Assembly (NCBI GenBank): GCA_934130175.1
Contig: CAKOXP010000006.1
Coordinates: 8,868-72,867 of the forward strand
DNA: 64,000 nucleotides
Reading direction: 5' to 3'
Source of the DNA: an uncultured Bacilli bacterium
GTDB lineage: Bacteria > Bacillota_I > Bacilli_A > RF39 > UBA660
A program made the translations under genes and the position numbers. How positions within the stretch are numbered: position 1 is the stretch's first letter; each line of letters starts with the position of its first letter. Under the pieces are notes generated by a model that saw nothing but the letters and a program-made list of their open reading frames with translations, was not told the origin of the DNA and searched no databases. Below are positions 26,741-36,531 of the stretch, piece by piece.

Positions 26741-27712
26741 TCACTTTAATGTCATTATTTCTTCTTCACTTAAACCTGTGTATTTAGAAATAGTGTTAAC
26801 ATCTAAATTATCATTTAACATTGCTTTAGCAATATTTTGTTTTTCAGCTAGGCTTCCTTGCTCTAACCCTTGTTTCAAACCTTGTTCTAAACCTTGCTCT
26901 AATCCTTGAGCCATTCCTTGTTCTAAACCTTGCTCTAATCCTTGAGCCATTCCTTGTTCTATTCCTTTTTCCAATCCTTCAGCTAATCCTTCAGCTAACC
27001 CTTTTTCTATTGCTTCTCTTCTTAAGGAATTCTCTATTTTTCGGTTGTCCTCTTCCGCACTCATAAATTCTCTAAAATCTGGATCTTGATTTACTTCTTC
27101 TAATGTTTTCATATACTTATCAACACTCCTATCCTGAGATAGTTCTTCTAAAGTTTTTAATTCTTCTTGATTTAAATCTAACATTATTAAGTATTTATAT
27201 TTCTCTATCTCATTTCTAGACTTAGAATACCATATATCTTTTATCTTATCCATATTTATATCATATATTATTAAATTTTTGATATACTCATTTCCTTCTT
27301 CATCTCTTACTTTATAAATCCTTACTAACTCTTCTATACTTAAAGAATAACTTAAGTTAATTTGAATTACTAAAGTATCTTCATTATATTCATCTCCTTT
27401 CTTTACTTCATGGGAATATGTATCAAAGATGAATGAGGCATTTCTCGGATGAAGATAATTCGGTTTTTCTGCGTTTACTTCTACTTGAATTTTTCCTATA
27501 TTGGTTTGTAAAAATAAATCAAAATGTTTTCTTCTAACATGAATGTTATCAACATTTCTTTCTAGATTTAAAAACTTAATATCTTCTATCTTTACATCTA
27601 GAATTGATTCTAATAATTTAGTTAGAATATCTTTACTTTCTTCTTTCATGAACACTTCCTTAAAGGCTCGATCATTCCTACAAGTATAAAATTTGCTTAT
27701 TGTTTCAGACAT
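26741..27712 (-). CDS. Rpn-family recombination-promoting nuclease / putative transposase (PD-(D/E)XK, YhgA-like)
   Basis: N-term FKEVFMKEE...DLFLQTNIGKIQVEVNAEK core; C-terminal periodic GLAEGLAEGLEKGIEQGMAQGLEQGLEQG tail typical of this family. Confidence 0.7.
   Translation of the reverse strand: MSETISKFYTCRNDRAFKEVFMKEESKDILTKLLESILDVKIEDIKFLNLERNVDNIHVRRKHFDLFLQTNIGKIQVEVNAEKPNYLHPRNASFIFDTYSHEVKKGDEYNEDTLVIQINLSYSLSIEELVRIYKVRDEEGNEYIKNLIIYDINMDKIKDIWYSKSRNEIEKYKYLIMLDLNQEELKTLEELSQDRSVDKYMKTLEEVNQDPDFREFMSAEEDNRKIENSLRREAIEKGLAEGLAEGLEKGIEQGMAQGLEQGLEQGMAQGLEQGLEQGLKQGLEQGSLAEKQNIAKAMLNDNLDVNTISKYTGLSEEEIMTLK
26880..26951 (-). repeat. Perfect 36-bp tandem duplication inside the Rpn gene
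   Basis: ccttgttctaaaccttgctctaatccttgagccatt occurs twice back to back (26880-26915, 26916-26951), encoding MAQGLEQGLEQG twice. Confidence 0.85.
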
Positions 27713-27741
27713 ATCACCACTTCCTTTCTCTTATCTAAAAC

Positions 27742-27773
27742 AAAAAAATAGAAGGAAAGCATTTTTCCTTCTA
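27742..27773 (-). terminator. Intrinsic terminator after the 552-aa surface-protein gene
   Basis: 10-bp stem TAGAAGGAAA/TTTCCTTCTA followed on the minus strand by TTTTTTT. Confidence 0.7.
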
Positions 27774-27825
27774 TAATATTATTGTCTTTTAATTGGAGTT
27801 TTCCTGAGACATTTTATCTAATTTT

Positions 27826-29484
27826 TTAATCTATACTAATTAAAGTTATTTTAGCATAACCATTTCCTTGTTTTGCACATTTCTCAGTTGGAGTTGAACT
27901 AGTACATGTTGCGATATTTGTTTTTAATTCACTTTTTGTTATCGCATAATATTCTTTGTCACTACTTAAAGTTATTTCTGTTTTAGAACCAACACTTCCT
28001 GAGGTTGCATCTTTATTTTCATTATATCCTACTACATTTGGTGTTGCACTACTCGCCTTTATTTCTGGTGTAGTTATACTACATTCAGTATCTTGTACTT
28101 CACCATTATATTTTTCTTCTAAGATACATGTTTTTGTTATTACTTCATCTTGGACTCCATCAAGGGAAGATGCCCCATTTTTATAAAATTTTGCACTCAA
28201 AGTAATTGCATCTTTTTTTATTATAGGATAATATTCCTCATCACTTTTTAACTCTATTTCTGTTTTAGGTTTTATTCCTGTTATTGCTGTTTTATCCTTA
28301 TTCCAACCAATTGCACTATATCCTTGTTCTGTTACTATTTCTGGTGTGGTTATCTTACAACCTTCTTCTTGTTTTTCTTCATTATAAACTGATGGTATTG
28401 TACAACTTACTGTTGTTGATCCTATTTGGCTCACTCCTGAAACTTGCTTATTAAATGTTGCTGTATAAACTATTTCATCTTTCTTTACTATAGTGTATAC
28501 ATTTGTATCTTCACTTATATCTATTCGTGAAATTGCTCCTACATGTGATCCTTTTTCTGTACTCCATCCTACTTTTGTATAACCCTGTTCTGGCGTTATT
28601 TCAGGTAGTGTTATACTACAACTTTTCTCTTCTTTTTCCTTTAACAAGCAAGTTTCTTCATTTTTTGATATTTTATCTACTCCTGCTTGTTTTACGAAAG
28701 TCACTTTAAGTTTTTTTGTTATCGTTACTGTTATATCTTTTTTTGCTCCTGTTATCTTATTTCTTACTTTAAACACTACCGTTCCATAATGTTTTCCTAC
28801 TATATTTCCTAAACTATCTATTTCTGCTACTTCTTCATCGCTGCTTTCTATTTCATAATTTTCTATTTTATCTTCTAGTCCCAATGTTTTTGTATTATCA
28901 TTTATATCAAGGCTTATTTCACTTTTATCCGTTTTAATATTTTCTTGTTCTACTTCAACATTTAATCTTGCTGCAAAAGTCTTATTCATTCCTTCATTTG
29001 TTGTATCATAATCCATCCATAATTTTAATGTATATGTATTTGTTGTTTTGGCATTAATTACTCCTCTATCGACTATTCTTCTTTTATTTTCTTTTATAGA
29101 AGGTAAAAAGACAGTTTCTTTCTTTTCACCATTTTTTTCTAAGCTATACTTTAGAATATCATCACTCATTCTTTCTTCTTCCTGAGGTATATCTATATCA
29201 TCTAACGTTATAATATAGCTTGCTTTGACACTCCCATTATTTACTAATCTAAATGTATACCCTTCTTGAGCAAGTCCCTTTTCATCACTTATTGGTACAG
29301 CATCCTCTAAGTTTATTCCTTCTGATGTTGACTCATCTAATACTAATGATAAATTTCCTGCTCTTAATGCATTTATTTTTTCACTTTTCTTTGTTATATT
29401 TAACCACGCAAAAGATGAAGATATTAATAAAAATAAAGATATTGTAAGTATTATTAAACCCCTATTCTTATTCATCCTCATCAC
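27826..29484 (-). CDS. Surface protein (552 aa), short paralogue of the giant protein
   Basis: Signal anchor ...SSSFAWLNITKK...AGNLSLVLDE (TasA-like N-domain), Big_2-like segment, three Cys-pair repeat modules; the last (...CSITTPEIKASSATPNVVGYNENKDATSG) is close to the giant's ...CYVTTPIIEASSATPIVIGYGESKDATAG. Confidence 0.8.
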   Translation of the reverse strand: MMRMNKNRGLIILTISLFLLISSSFAWLNITKKSEKINALRAGNLSLVLDESTSEGINLEDAVPISDEKGLAQEGYTFRLVNNGSVKASYIITLDDIDIPQEEERMSDDILKYSLEKNGEKKETVFLPSIKENKRRIVDRGVINAKTTNTYTLKLWMDYDTTNEGMNKTFAARLNVEVEQENIKTDKSEISLDINDNTKTLGLEDKIENYEIESSDEEVAEIDSLGNIVGKHYGTVVFKVRNKITGAKKDITVTITKKLKVTFVKQAGVDKISKNEETCLLKEKEEKSCSITLPEITPEQGYTKVGWSTEKGSHVGAISRIDISEDTNVYTIVKKDEIVYTATFNKQVSGVSQIGSTTVSCTIPSVYNEEKQEEGCKITTPEIVTEQGYSAIGWNKDKTAITGIKPKTEIELKSDEEYYPIIKKDAITLSAKFYKNGASSLDGVQDEVITKTCILEEKYNGEVQDTECSITTPEIKASSATPNVVGYNENKDATSGSVGSKTEITLSSDKEYYAITKSELKTNIATCTSSTPTEKCAKQGNGYAKITLISID

Positions 29485-29577
29485 CTTACTTTTCCTATAA
29501 TTAGGATATCTTATATTATAAGTTTTTTCAATTGAAAAAAAAGAAGTTAAGTTGTTGATATAATACGTATCGAATTA

Positions 29578-30303
29578 CTAACTAACTTCTTCTTTTATTT
29601 TATTATTACCTAAAAAATTGGAGTATGTAGATTCTATTATTCCTTCATCAATAGTGTATTTTTTATAATTTGTATAAGACGAGAAATCAAAATTGAATTT
29701 ATATGCTTCTTTATTATTATCAACAAATACTGTAATTTTGTTGATAGCCAAATCTGTATCTATATCTCTATTATTAAAGATTTTTTCTAAAGTATCAGTT
29801 GTTATTTGATAATTATAACTTTTAGTAGAATCTTCATATATTGTATGTGACTCTAACTTTGCTTGATTAAGTATTTTTTCTATAACATCTATATTTCTAA
29901 GCTCACCAAATTTATATGGATTATCACTATTTACAAATACTTGATTTTCTTTTTTAAAATAAGCTTCTCCATCTTTATAATAGGTATCTAGATTATTTAC
30001 AGTAAATAAAGAATTATTTTGATAATTTTTTCCTTCGTAGGTTATAATATTATTATCAAAATTTACTGTATATTTAAAATCATAATTATTAGTCTTTATA
30101 CTACTAATACTAAATGGTAAATTAGAATTACTCTTATTTTGATTATTACTTTTTGCTTGGTTAGATCTAATAGAAAAAATTATAACTGCAAAAAATATAA
30201 AATAAATGCTTAAAATTATCCAAGCTTTTTTTTGAGAATCACTTGAAATATCTTTATAAGTATTTTTTAAATCAATTTGCTTCTTATTGTTTTTTTCTTT
30301 CAT
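29578..30303 (-). CDS. Membrane-anchored hypothetical protein
   Basis: Basic N-terminus, one TM (WIILSIYFIFFAVIIFSI), N/Y/K-rich external domain. Confidence 0.5.
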   Translation of the reverse strand: MKEKNNKKQIDLKNTYKDISSDSQKKAWIILSIYFIFFAVIIFSIRSNQAKSNNQNKSNSNLPFSISSIKTNNYDFKYTVNFDNNIITYEGKNYQNNSLFTVNNLDTYYKDGEAYFKKENQVFVNSDNPYKFGELRNIDVIEKILNQAKLESHTIYEDSTKSYNYQITTDTLEKIFNNRDIDTDLAINKITVFVDNNKEAYKFNFDFSSYTNYKKYTIDEGIIESTYSNFLGNNKIKEEVS

Positions 30304-30312
30304 AAAAATCTC

Positions 30313-31245
30313 CTATTTTATAACTTTACCAAGCAAGCTATTTTTATCAATACCATTTAAATAATCCCTTACTAACATTTTCTTTTTACCAGCCGGTTTT
30401 ATCTCTGTTAAAATTAGCTCTCCATCTAATGTTGAAACTCCAATTCCATCTTTATATATATTGATAATTTTACCAGGAGTTTCATTTTTTGAAGTACCAA
30501 TTCTACTATTATAAACTTTAAATTCTTCACTATCTAAAATAAAATTAGCTGCTGGTGCTGGATTAAGTCCTCTGATTAAATTAAATACTTGCCTACTTGT
30601 TTTATTAAAATCGATATGTTCTTCTTCTCTTTTTATATTATAGGCAAATGTTACTTTGTCTATATCCTGTTTAACTCTTTTATTTGTTTTCTTAAAAATA
30701 CTTGGTAAAGTTTTTAATAAAAGTTCTCCTCCCATCAGACTTAATCTATCATGTAATATTTCTAAATTATCACTATCTAAAATTTTCGTTTCTTCTTGAC
30801 TAATAATATCTCCACTATCCATCTTTACATCCATATACATAATAGTAATTCCTGTCTTATCATATCCATCTATTATAGCCTTATGAATTGGTGCGCCTCC
30901 TCTTAGTTTTGGAAGAAGTGAAGCGTGAACATTAATACATCCATATTCTGGATAATCCAAAAGTACTTTAGGAATGATTTGCCCATAGGCACAAGTAATA
31001 ATAATGTCAGGTTTAGTATCAATTATTTTTTGGTAATCTTCTTTTATATTTACTGGTTGAAATACATTGATTCCATATTCTAAAGCTTTACTTTTTACAG
31101 GAGTTGGAGTAAGGATTTGTTTTCTTCCTACTTTTTTATCAGGTTGACTAACAACTAAAACAACTTCATAATTTTTAATTAATCCTTCTAAAATTGGTAC
31201 TGCAAAATCGGGTGTTCCCATAAATACAATTTTCAAAAAAATCAC
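30313..31245 (-). CDS. fmt: Methionyl-tRNA formyltransferase
   Basis: KIVFMGTPDFAVPIL, HASLLPKLRGGAPI; 4-nt overlap with the upstream ORF. Confidence 0.9.
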   Translation of the reverse strand: MIFLKIVFMGTPDFAVPILEGLIKNYEVVLVVSQPDKKVGRKQILTPTPVKSKALEYGINVFQPVNIKEDYQKIIDTKPDIIITCAYGQIIPKVLLDYPEYGCINVHASLLPKLRGGAPIHKAIIDGYDKTGITIMYMDVKMDSGDIISQEETKILDSDNLEILHDRLSLMGGELLLKTLPSIFKKTNKRVKQDIDKVTFAYNIKREEEHIDFNKTSRQVFNLIRGLNPAPAANFILDSEEFKVYNSRIGTSKNETPGKIINIYKDGIGVSTLDGELILTEIKPAGKKKMLVRDYLNGIDKNSLLGKVIK

Positions 31246-32468
31246 CTTCCTAACATAATAATCATAACTGTCACACCTATTGTTATTAAAAGTACCCCAA
31301 TAAGCGCTACTATAGTTGTATTTCCATAGTTGTTTACAAAATCATTAACCAAATTGTTATCTAAATCATCAGATTTATCTTCTGTTAATATCTCTATTTG
31401 TTCATCTTCTACAAAACTGTTCTCAATTATTTCTTCTTTTTGCACATTAAATCCTAATTCTTCTAAAGATGGCAAAGATATAATTTCAAATGATAATCTT
31501 GAAATATCTCTTTTTACTATTTCATTATTAAATCTTGTTTCTAAAACTTTATTAACACTAACTATCAAATCACTTTCATCTATACCATTCATTATTTGAT
31601 TAAAATCACTCAAACTATTATTTTCTACTGTGCTTCTTTTAATAAAACATATAACAGGTTTTAAATTTTCTACTTTAAATAGGTTCCATTCTTTATCAAA
31701 AAATTCTAAAATCCTCAAAGTATCATTAAGAAGAATATCACTTTTTCTTAAATAAAAGCTTAAATTTTTACGGCATTTCTTATAATTTTTTAAAAAGAAA
31801 GCATCTATTTCATAATTATTATCTTTTGGTAAGAGATTAACTGCTAACTCATTTAAAAAATAAGGACAGTGGTATGCATAATAACTTGCCATAAATGGGG
31901 AATCTGTTAAAGTTAAAAATGGGGACTCTGCATTTAAATCTTTTGAAAAAACATTCTTAATATTATACTTTTCAAATACTTTGTTAACTTCTTTAACAGA
32001 GTTAATTTCATAATTATAATTACTAACAGCTAAACCATTACTATTAACTTCATCTAAAAATATAGATGGAAAACTATGATAAAAATAACCATTAACAATG
32101 TATTTATTATAAATGTGTTTCAAAATAATTTCTTTATTTTCATAAGTTGTAATATTTTTTAAATTAAGTAGTTTTTGACAATAATTAACTATCAATTTAT
32201 TAATACCTGTTTTTAACTCATTATGGTTATCTACTTTTCTAAGTAATAATTGAACCTCTTGCAAATAGCTATCAAAAAAATCTTCTTTTTCAATTATAAT
32301 TTCATATTTGATAATTGCATCTAAGCCCATTAAAATAGCATAATAAGTAGTATCCATTTTTTCATCACTTATAGTATAAGGAATATCTTTCTTTCTATAA
32401 ACAATTCCATTAACCAGGTCATTAAAAAACTTCTTAACGCTATCTTTTTTGAAAATGGTATCTAGCAT
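31242..32468 (-). CDS. Hypothetical C-tail-anchored protein (408 aa)
   Basis: Soluble 370-aa domain without recognised motifs, acidic linker, C-terminal TM TIVALIGVLLITIGVTVMIIML; translationally coupled to fmt. Confidence 0.5.
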   Translation of the reverse strand: MLDTIFKKDSVKKFFNDLVNGIVYRKKDIPYTISDEKMDTTYYAILMGLDAIIKYEIIIEKEDFFDSYLQEVQLLLRKVDNHNELKTGINKLIVNYCQKLLNLKNITTYENKEIILKHIYNKYIVNGYFYHSFPSIFLDEVNSNGLAVSNYNYEINSVKEVNKVFEKYNIKNVFSKDLNAESPFLTLTDSPFMASYYAYHCPYFLNELAVNLLPKDNNYEIDAFFLKNYKKCRKNLSFYLRKSDILLNDTLRILEFFDKEWNLFKVENLKPVICFIKRSTVENNSLSDFNQIMNGIDESDLIVSVNKVLETRFNNEIVKRDISRLSFEIISLPSLEELGFNVQKEEIIENSFVEDEQIEILTEDKSDDLDNNLVNDFVNNYGNTTIVALIGVLLITIGVTVMIIMLGR

Positions 32469-32486
32469 TTACCTCACCACCTTTAT

Positions 32487-32747
32487 TTAAATAACACCAA
32501 GACCTGACAAAATATAATACAAGCTTCCAATTAAAACAAATAATCCTAAAACTATTAAAATTGTTTTTACAATTGGGTTATTACGATCATATAATTGTTC
32601 TTTGCTTTTACTTTCTTCTACATAAATGTGATCAGAATATTCACTGTGTTGGTCACTGGAACTATTAGAAGATATTCCTTTCTCAAAATTATAGATATCT
32701 TCAGTTGAATCATTTTCTATATTTTCATTAAAGAACTTCTTTTTCAT
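32487..32747 (-). CDS. Small C-tail-anchored membrane protein (86 aa)
   Basis: Acidic/Ser-rich N-half, C-terminal TM ILIVLGLFVLIGSLYYIL. Confidence 0.4.
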   Translation of the reverse strand: MKKKFFNENIENDSTEDIYNFEKGISSNSSSDQHSEYSDHIYVEESKSKEQLYDRNNPIVKTILIVLGLFVLIGSLYYILSGLGVI

Positions 32748-32820
32748 ATCTAAGCCTCCATTATCACTCTAATTATATAATAAATGATAAAAAAAAGAAA
32801 GAATTATATCGTAATTCTCT

Positions 32821-34983
32821 CTAAAAATGAATGGGATTAAAATCTATATCAATAACTACTTTATTATTACTTTGATAATGATTCATAATTCTTGTTAAAA
32901 CGTCATATAAGTCTTTGCTATTCTTATATTTCATAATAATACCATAACGATAAATGTTATTTATTTTAAATACTGTAGCAGGACTTGGTCCTAGAATAAT
33001 TGTTGAAAATAAATTTCTTTCTAAAGATCTTTTAATTTTGTTTGCTTCATTTAAAATGTAATTGTCATCTTTACCACTTATTTTCAAGTAACAAAGAAAG
33101 TAATATGGTGGATATTTTAATTTCCTTCTAATATCCATTTCTTTTTTGAAAAAACCTATATAATCATGTTCTTTTGAATATTTAATAGCGTAATGATCCT
33201 TATTAAAAGTTTGGATAATTACTTTTCCTTGATTTTTGCTTCTTCCGCTTCTACCAGATGTTTGACAAAGTAAATCAAAAGTATTTTCACTACTTCTAAA
33301 ATCAGGAATATTTAAAGAGGTATCAGCATTAATCACTCCTACTAAAGTAACAAGTGGAAAATCAAGCCCTTTTGCGACTATTTGGGTTCCAAGTAAAATA
33401 TCATATTCATGATTTTTAAAAGCTGTAATCATTTTCTTATGCATACCCTTTTTACTTGTTGTATCAACATCCATTCTTAAAATTTTAGCATCTTCAATTA
33501 AAGAGTTTAACTCTTCTTCTATTTTTTCTGTACCAACTCCAAGTGTAGAAATAGATCTTTCTCCACATGAGGGACAAGTATGTAATAAATTAGTACCATA
33601 ACCACAATAATGACATCTAAGCATATTAGAACTTTTGTGATAAGTAAGACTGATATCACAATTAGGACATTTCATTGTATAAGAACAATTTTTACAACTG
33701 ACGAAAGAAGAATAGCCTCTTCTATTTAAAAGTAGGATTACCTGTTCTTTATTTTTTACAGTTTTCTTTATTTCATCAAGTAAACTTTTTGAAAAATGTC
33801 CCTTACTATATTTCATCTCTTCATTCATATCAACAATATCAATATGAGGAAGATCTTTACCATTAACCCTGTTTGGTAAGTTTAATAGTTTATAAACTTT
33901 TTTAACAGCTCTTGCATATGTATCCAAACTTGGTGTAGCACTTCCCATCAAAACTGGACAGTTATAATTTTTTGCTCTTTCTATAGCTATATCTTTAGCA
34001 TTATATCTTGGATTATTATCTTGTTTATAAGAATCACTATGCTCTTCATCTATAATAATAATTCCTATATTTGTAAGTGGCGCAAAAACAGCACTTCTAG
34101 CACCTATAACAATAGAAACTTCTCCTCTTACAATTCTTCTCCACTCATCATACTTTTCACCATCGGATAAGGCCGAATGAAGAGCCGCTATTTTATTACC
34201 AAAAACCTGTTCAAAACGACTTACCATTTGAGGAGTTAAACTTATTTCTGGAACTAACATAATAGCAGTTTTTCCAAGATTTAAAACTTTTTCAATTAGT
34301 TTGATATAAACTTCTGTTTTACCACTACCAGTAACTCCATGTAATAAATAAACATCATTACTAAATAAATTAACACTATCAACAACTTTTTGTTGTTCTA
34401 AAGTCAATTCTTTTACCCTATCAGATTTATCTAAATAATCAGTTCTATATTTTTCAACTAAGCACTTTACCAAAATATTTTTCTTAACTAATGTATTTAA
34501 GCTACTTGAAGAAATATCTAAAATTTCTTTTCTACTTACCATTTCTCTAGTTTTAAACATATCAACTATTTCTTGTTGACCACTATTTAATTTAACATCA
34601 ACAACATTTTTATTTAATTTATAGAAAGTTTCATACTTTTTATTAATAACTACATTATTTTTAGCTTTAAGTGCTTTAGGAAGCATTACTTGATAACAAG
34701 AAATTAAAGGCGCTAAAGTTTTTTCTTTCATAAACTTACCAAGCTTTATCAACTCATCATTTAAAACAATATCTTCATCTATAACTCTAATAATTTCTTT
34801 TAAAGAATCTAGATTACTATTTTCTTTTATTTCTAAAACAAAGCCCTCTAATTTCTGATGACCGAAAGGTACCTCTACTCTTAATCCTATTTTAATAAAT
34901 TTTTCTTTTTCTTGAGGAACTTTATAATCAAAAATACGATCAACACTTTTATTAGATATTTCTACTAAAACACCGACTATCAT
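32821..34983 (-). CDS. priA: Primosomal protein N' (replication restart helicase)
   Basis: GVTGSGKTEVY Walker A, IIIDEEHS, Cys-rich zinc region CKNCSYTMKCPNC...CHYCGY...CPSCG. Confidence 0.92.
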   Translation of the reverse strand: MIVGVLVEISNKSVDRIFDYKVPQEKEKFIKIGLRVEVPFGHQKLEGFVLEIKENSNLDSLKEIIRVIDEDIVLNDELIKLGKFMKEKTLAPLISCYQVMLPKALKAKNNVVINKKYETFYKLNKNVVDVKLNSGQQEIVDMFKTREMVSRKEILDISSSSLNTLVKKNILVKCLVEKYRTDYLDKSDRVKELTLEQQKVVDSVNLFSNDVYLLHGVTGSGKTEVYIKLIEKVLNLGKTAIMLVPEISLTPQMVSRFEQVFGNKIAALHSALSDGEKYDEWRRIVRGEVSIVIGARSAVFAPLTNIGIIIIDEEHSDSYKQDNNPRYNAKDIAIERAKNYNCPVLMGSATPSLDTYARAVKKVYKLLNLPNRVNGKDLPHIDIVDMNEEMKYSKGHFSKSLLDEIKKTVKNKEQVILLLNRRGYSSFVSCKNCSYTMKCPNCDISLTYHKSSNMLRCHYCGYGTNLLHTCPSCGERSISTLGVGTEKIEEELNSLIEDAKILRMDVDTTSKKGMHKKMITAFKNHEYDILLGTQIVAKGLDFPLVTLVGVINADTSLNIPDFRSSENTFDLLCQTSGRSGRSKNQGKVIIQTFNKDHYAIKYSKEHDYIGFFKKEMDIRRKLKYPPYYFLCYLKISGKDDNYILNEANKIKRSLERNLFSTIILGPSPATVFKINNIYRYGIIMKYKNSKDLYDVLTRIMNHYQSNNKVVIDIDFNPIHF

Positions 34984-35012
34984 AAAATCCCTCCTTTCTT
35001 ATATTATAGCAC

Positions 35013-35160
35013 AAAGAAAAAAAGTTCCGAACAAGAACTCTTATTTTTCATTTTCTATTGGAACAACTGCCTTAGCTTTCTTATCTTTTAAGATAGTTTG
35101 AACTATAACCATTATTCCTAGAACTAAAATACCTAATCCTATTGAAATGCCTATTTTTGT
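35013..35160. repeat. 148-bp direct repeat, copy 1 (3' end plus terminator of 35041..36288)
   Basis: About 96% identical to 36339..36486 (about 6 mismatches by eye); includes AGTTC-N7-GAACT hairpin plus T-run. Confidence 0.85.
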
Positions 35161-36288
35161 AACATTAAATCCAGTATCTTCAACTTTAACAATCTCTTTT
35201 GTTTCTTTGTCCTCAGTAATAATATAATCACTGAAATGATTAGTATTAAATGTCACTACATTATTAATAACCTCCATATCTAATTTTTGTTTATTAAAAC
35301 TATCATCTACATACCAAACACTTATTTTAGTACTATCATAATCATCAGAATCATTAGGTATTTTTAAACTAACTTCTACATTTTGATCAAATTTAACGAC
35401 ATTGCCAGATTTATCAAGAGCCTCTATATTATAAGCAATGAATTTATTATAGTCTGAAAATAATTCTTTAAACTTATTATATTTAGTATTGCTTGCATCA
35501 TACATAGTTGCAGAAAACTTATTTATTTTATCTATTTCTTGATAGTTTGCTTTTATATAAACACCATTACTAGTAAGTGAAATATCATCACTTAAATTCT
35601 CATTATCTATAGTAACAACAGGTCTTATTCCTGATTTAGTATAATTTAAGTAAGAAGCAGTCAAATATGTTCCATTTCCTAAAGTAAAATAATTTGCCCT
35701 GTCATTACTTGTACCAGTACTAGTCCAAAATCCTTTTGAATAATCAACAGTTGAAGTTAACCAACTTGGACATGAACCTCTTTCAATATTTGCAGAACCA
35801 CCACATAGTTTTAAAATTTCTTCTGCTGTTATTATTCTTGCCTTATAGCTTGTATAATCAATTGTATATGTCGATGTTGTATTTGAGTGATTTGGAAGAG
35901 TAACACTAACATTTTTAGTTGCAGAAACATAATCTGTATTCCAATTCTCTGTTACTTGTTTCAATACTGGAAGTAAACTAACAGGTCCGTAGTATGAACA
36001 ACCAAAATCTTGAGAAGTACAACCTAATTTTTTAACATCTTCATATGAAGCCCAATAAACATCATCAACAATATTTTCTTTCATCATAATATCCATCGAA
36101 GAGTTTTCTTTAGAAATAACATAAAAATCATAACATGTATCTCCAGTAGAGCAAATATTATTATAAATTGGATTAAATTTAATAAGATCCCCTACTTGGT
36201 AATCATTTATAGTTTTAGCATTAACATTAGCAATAGATAATATAAATATTCCAAATAATACTACTATAAAAAAATCAAATCTTCTCAC
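35041..36288 (-). CDS. Surface protein with signal peptide, DUF6273-like domain and C-terminal TM anchor
   Basis: MRRFDFFIVVLFGIFILSIANVNA; ...GFWTSTGTSNDRANYF...YTKSGIRPVVTID (same FWT...GIRPV signature as the giant protein C-terminus); anchor GISIGLGILVLGIMVIVQTIL. Confidence 0.7.
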   Translation of the reverse strand: MRRFDFFIVVLFGIFILSIANVNAKTINDYQVGDLIKFNPIYNNICSTGDTCYDFYVISKENSSMDIMMKENIVDDVYWASYEDVKKLGCTSQDFGCSYYGPVSLLPVLKQVTENWNTDYVSATKNVSVTLPNHSNTTSTYTIDYTSYKARIITAEEILKLCGGSANIERGSCPSWLTSTVDYSKGFWTSTGTSNDRANYFTLGNGTYLTASYLNYTKSGIRPVVTIDNENLSDDISLTSNGVYIKANYQEIDKINKFSATMYDASNTKYNKFKELFSDYNKFIAYNIEALDKSGNVVKFDQNVEVSLKIPNDSDDYDSTKISVWYVDDSFNKQKLDMEVINNVVTFNTNHFSDYIITEDKETKEIVKVEDTGFNVTKIGISIGLGILVLGIMVIVQTILKDKKAKAVVPIENEK

Positions 36289-36338
36289 TGGTAATCCATA
36301 CCTTTCAAATCTATAATAATCTATTTAAAAATAAAAGT

Positions 36339-36486
36339 AAAGAAAAAAAGTTCCGAACAAGAACTCTTATTTTTCATTTTCTATTGGAACTACTGCTTTA
36401 GCTTTTTTATCTTTTAAGATAGTTTGAACTATAACCATTATTCCTAGAACTAAAATACCTAATCCTATTGAAACTCCTATTTTTGT
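36339..36486. repeat. 148-bp direct repeat, copy 2
   Basis: See copy 1; lies immediately upstream of the 415-aa gene and forms the 3' two-thirds of the mini-ORF plus its terminator. Confidence 0.85.
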
Positions 36487-36519
36487 TGCAGCAAAAGCTG
36501 CTTGTACTGTACCATTCAT
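36367..36519 (-). CDS. 50-aa anchor-only mini-protein (not in ORF track)
   Basis: GGAGGATATTATA-ATG; MNGTVQAAFAATKIGVSIGLGILVLGIMVIVQTILKDKKAKAVVPIENEK, last 38 aa nearly identical to the C-terminus of 35041..36288. Confidence 0.5.
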   Translation of the reverse strand: MNGTVQAAFAATKIGVSIGLGILVLGIMVIVQTILKDKKAKAVVPIENEK

Positions 36520-36531
36520 TATAATATCCTC

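Noticed and set aside
26741-27712. Rpn/YhgA-like gene considered as an insertion sequence
   Set aside because: No terminal inverted repeats or target-site duplication are visible. The flanks are ordinary terminator hairpins. It is therefore treated as a stand-alone nuclease gene, not annotated as a mobile element.
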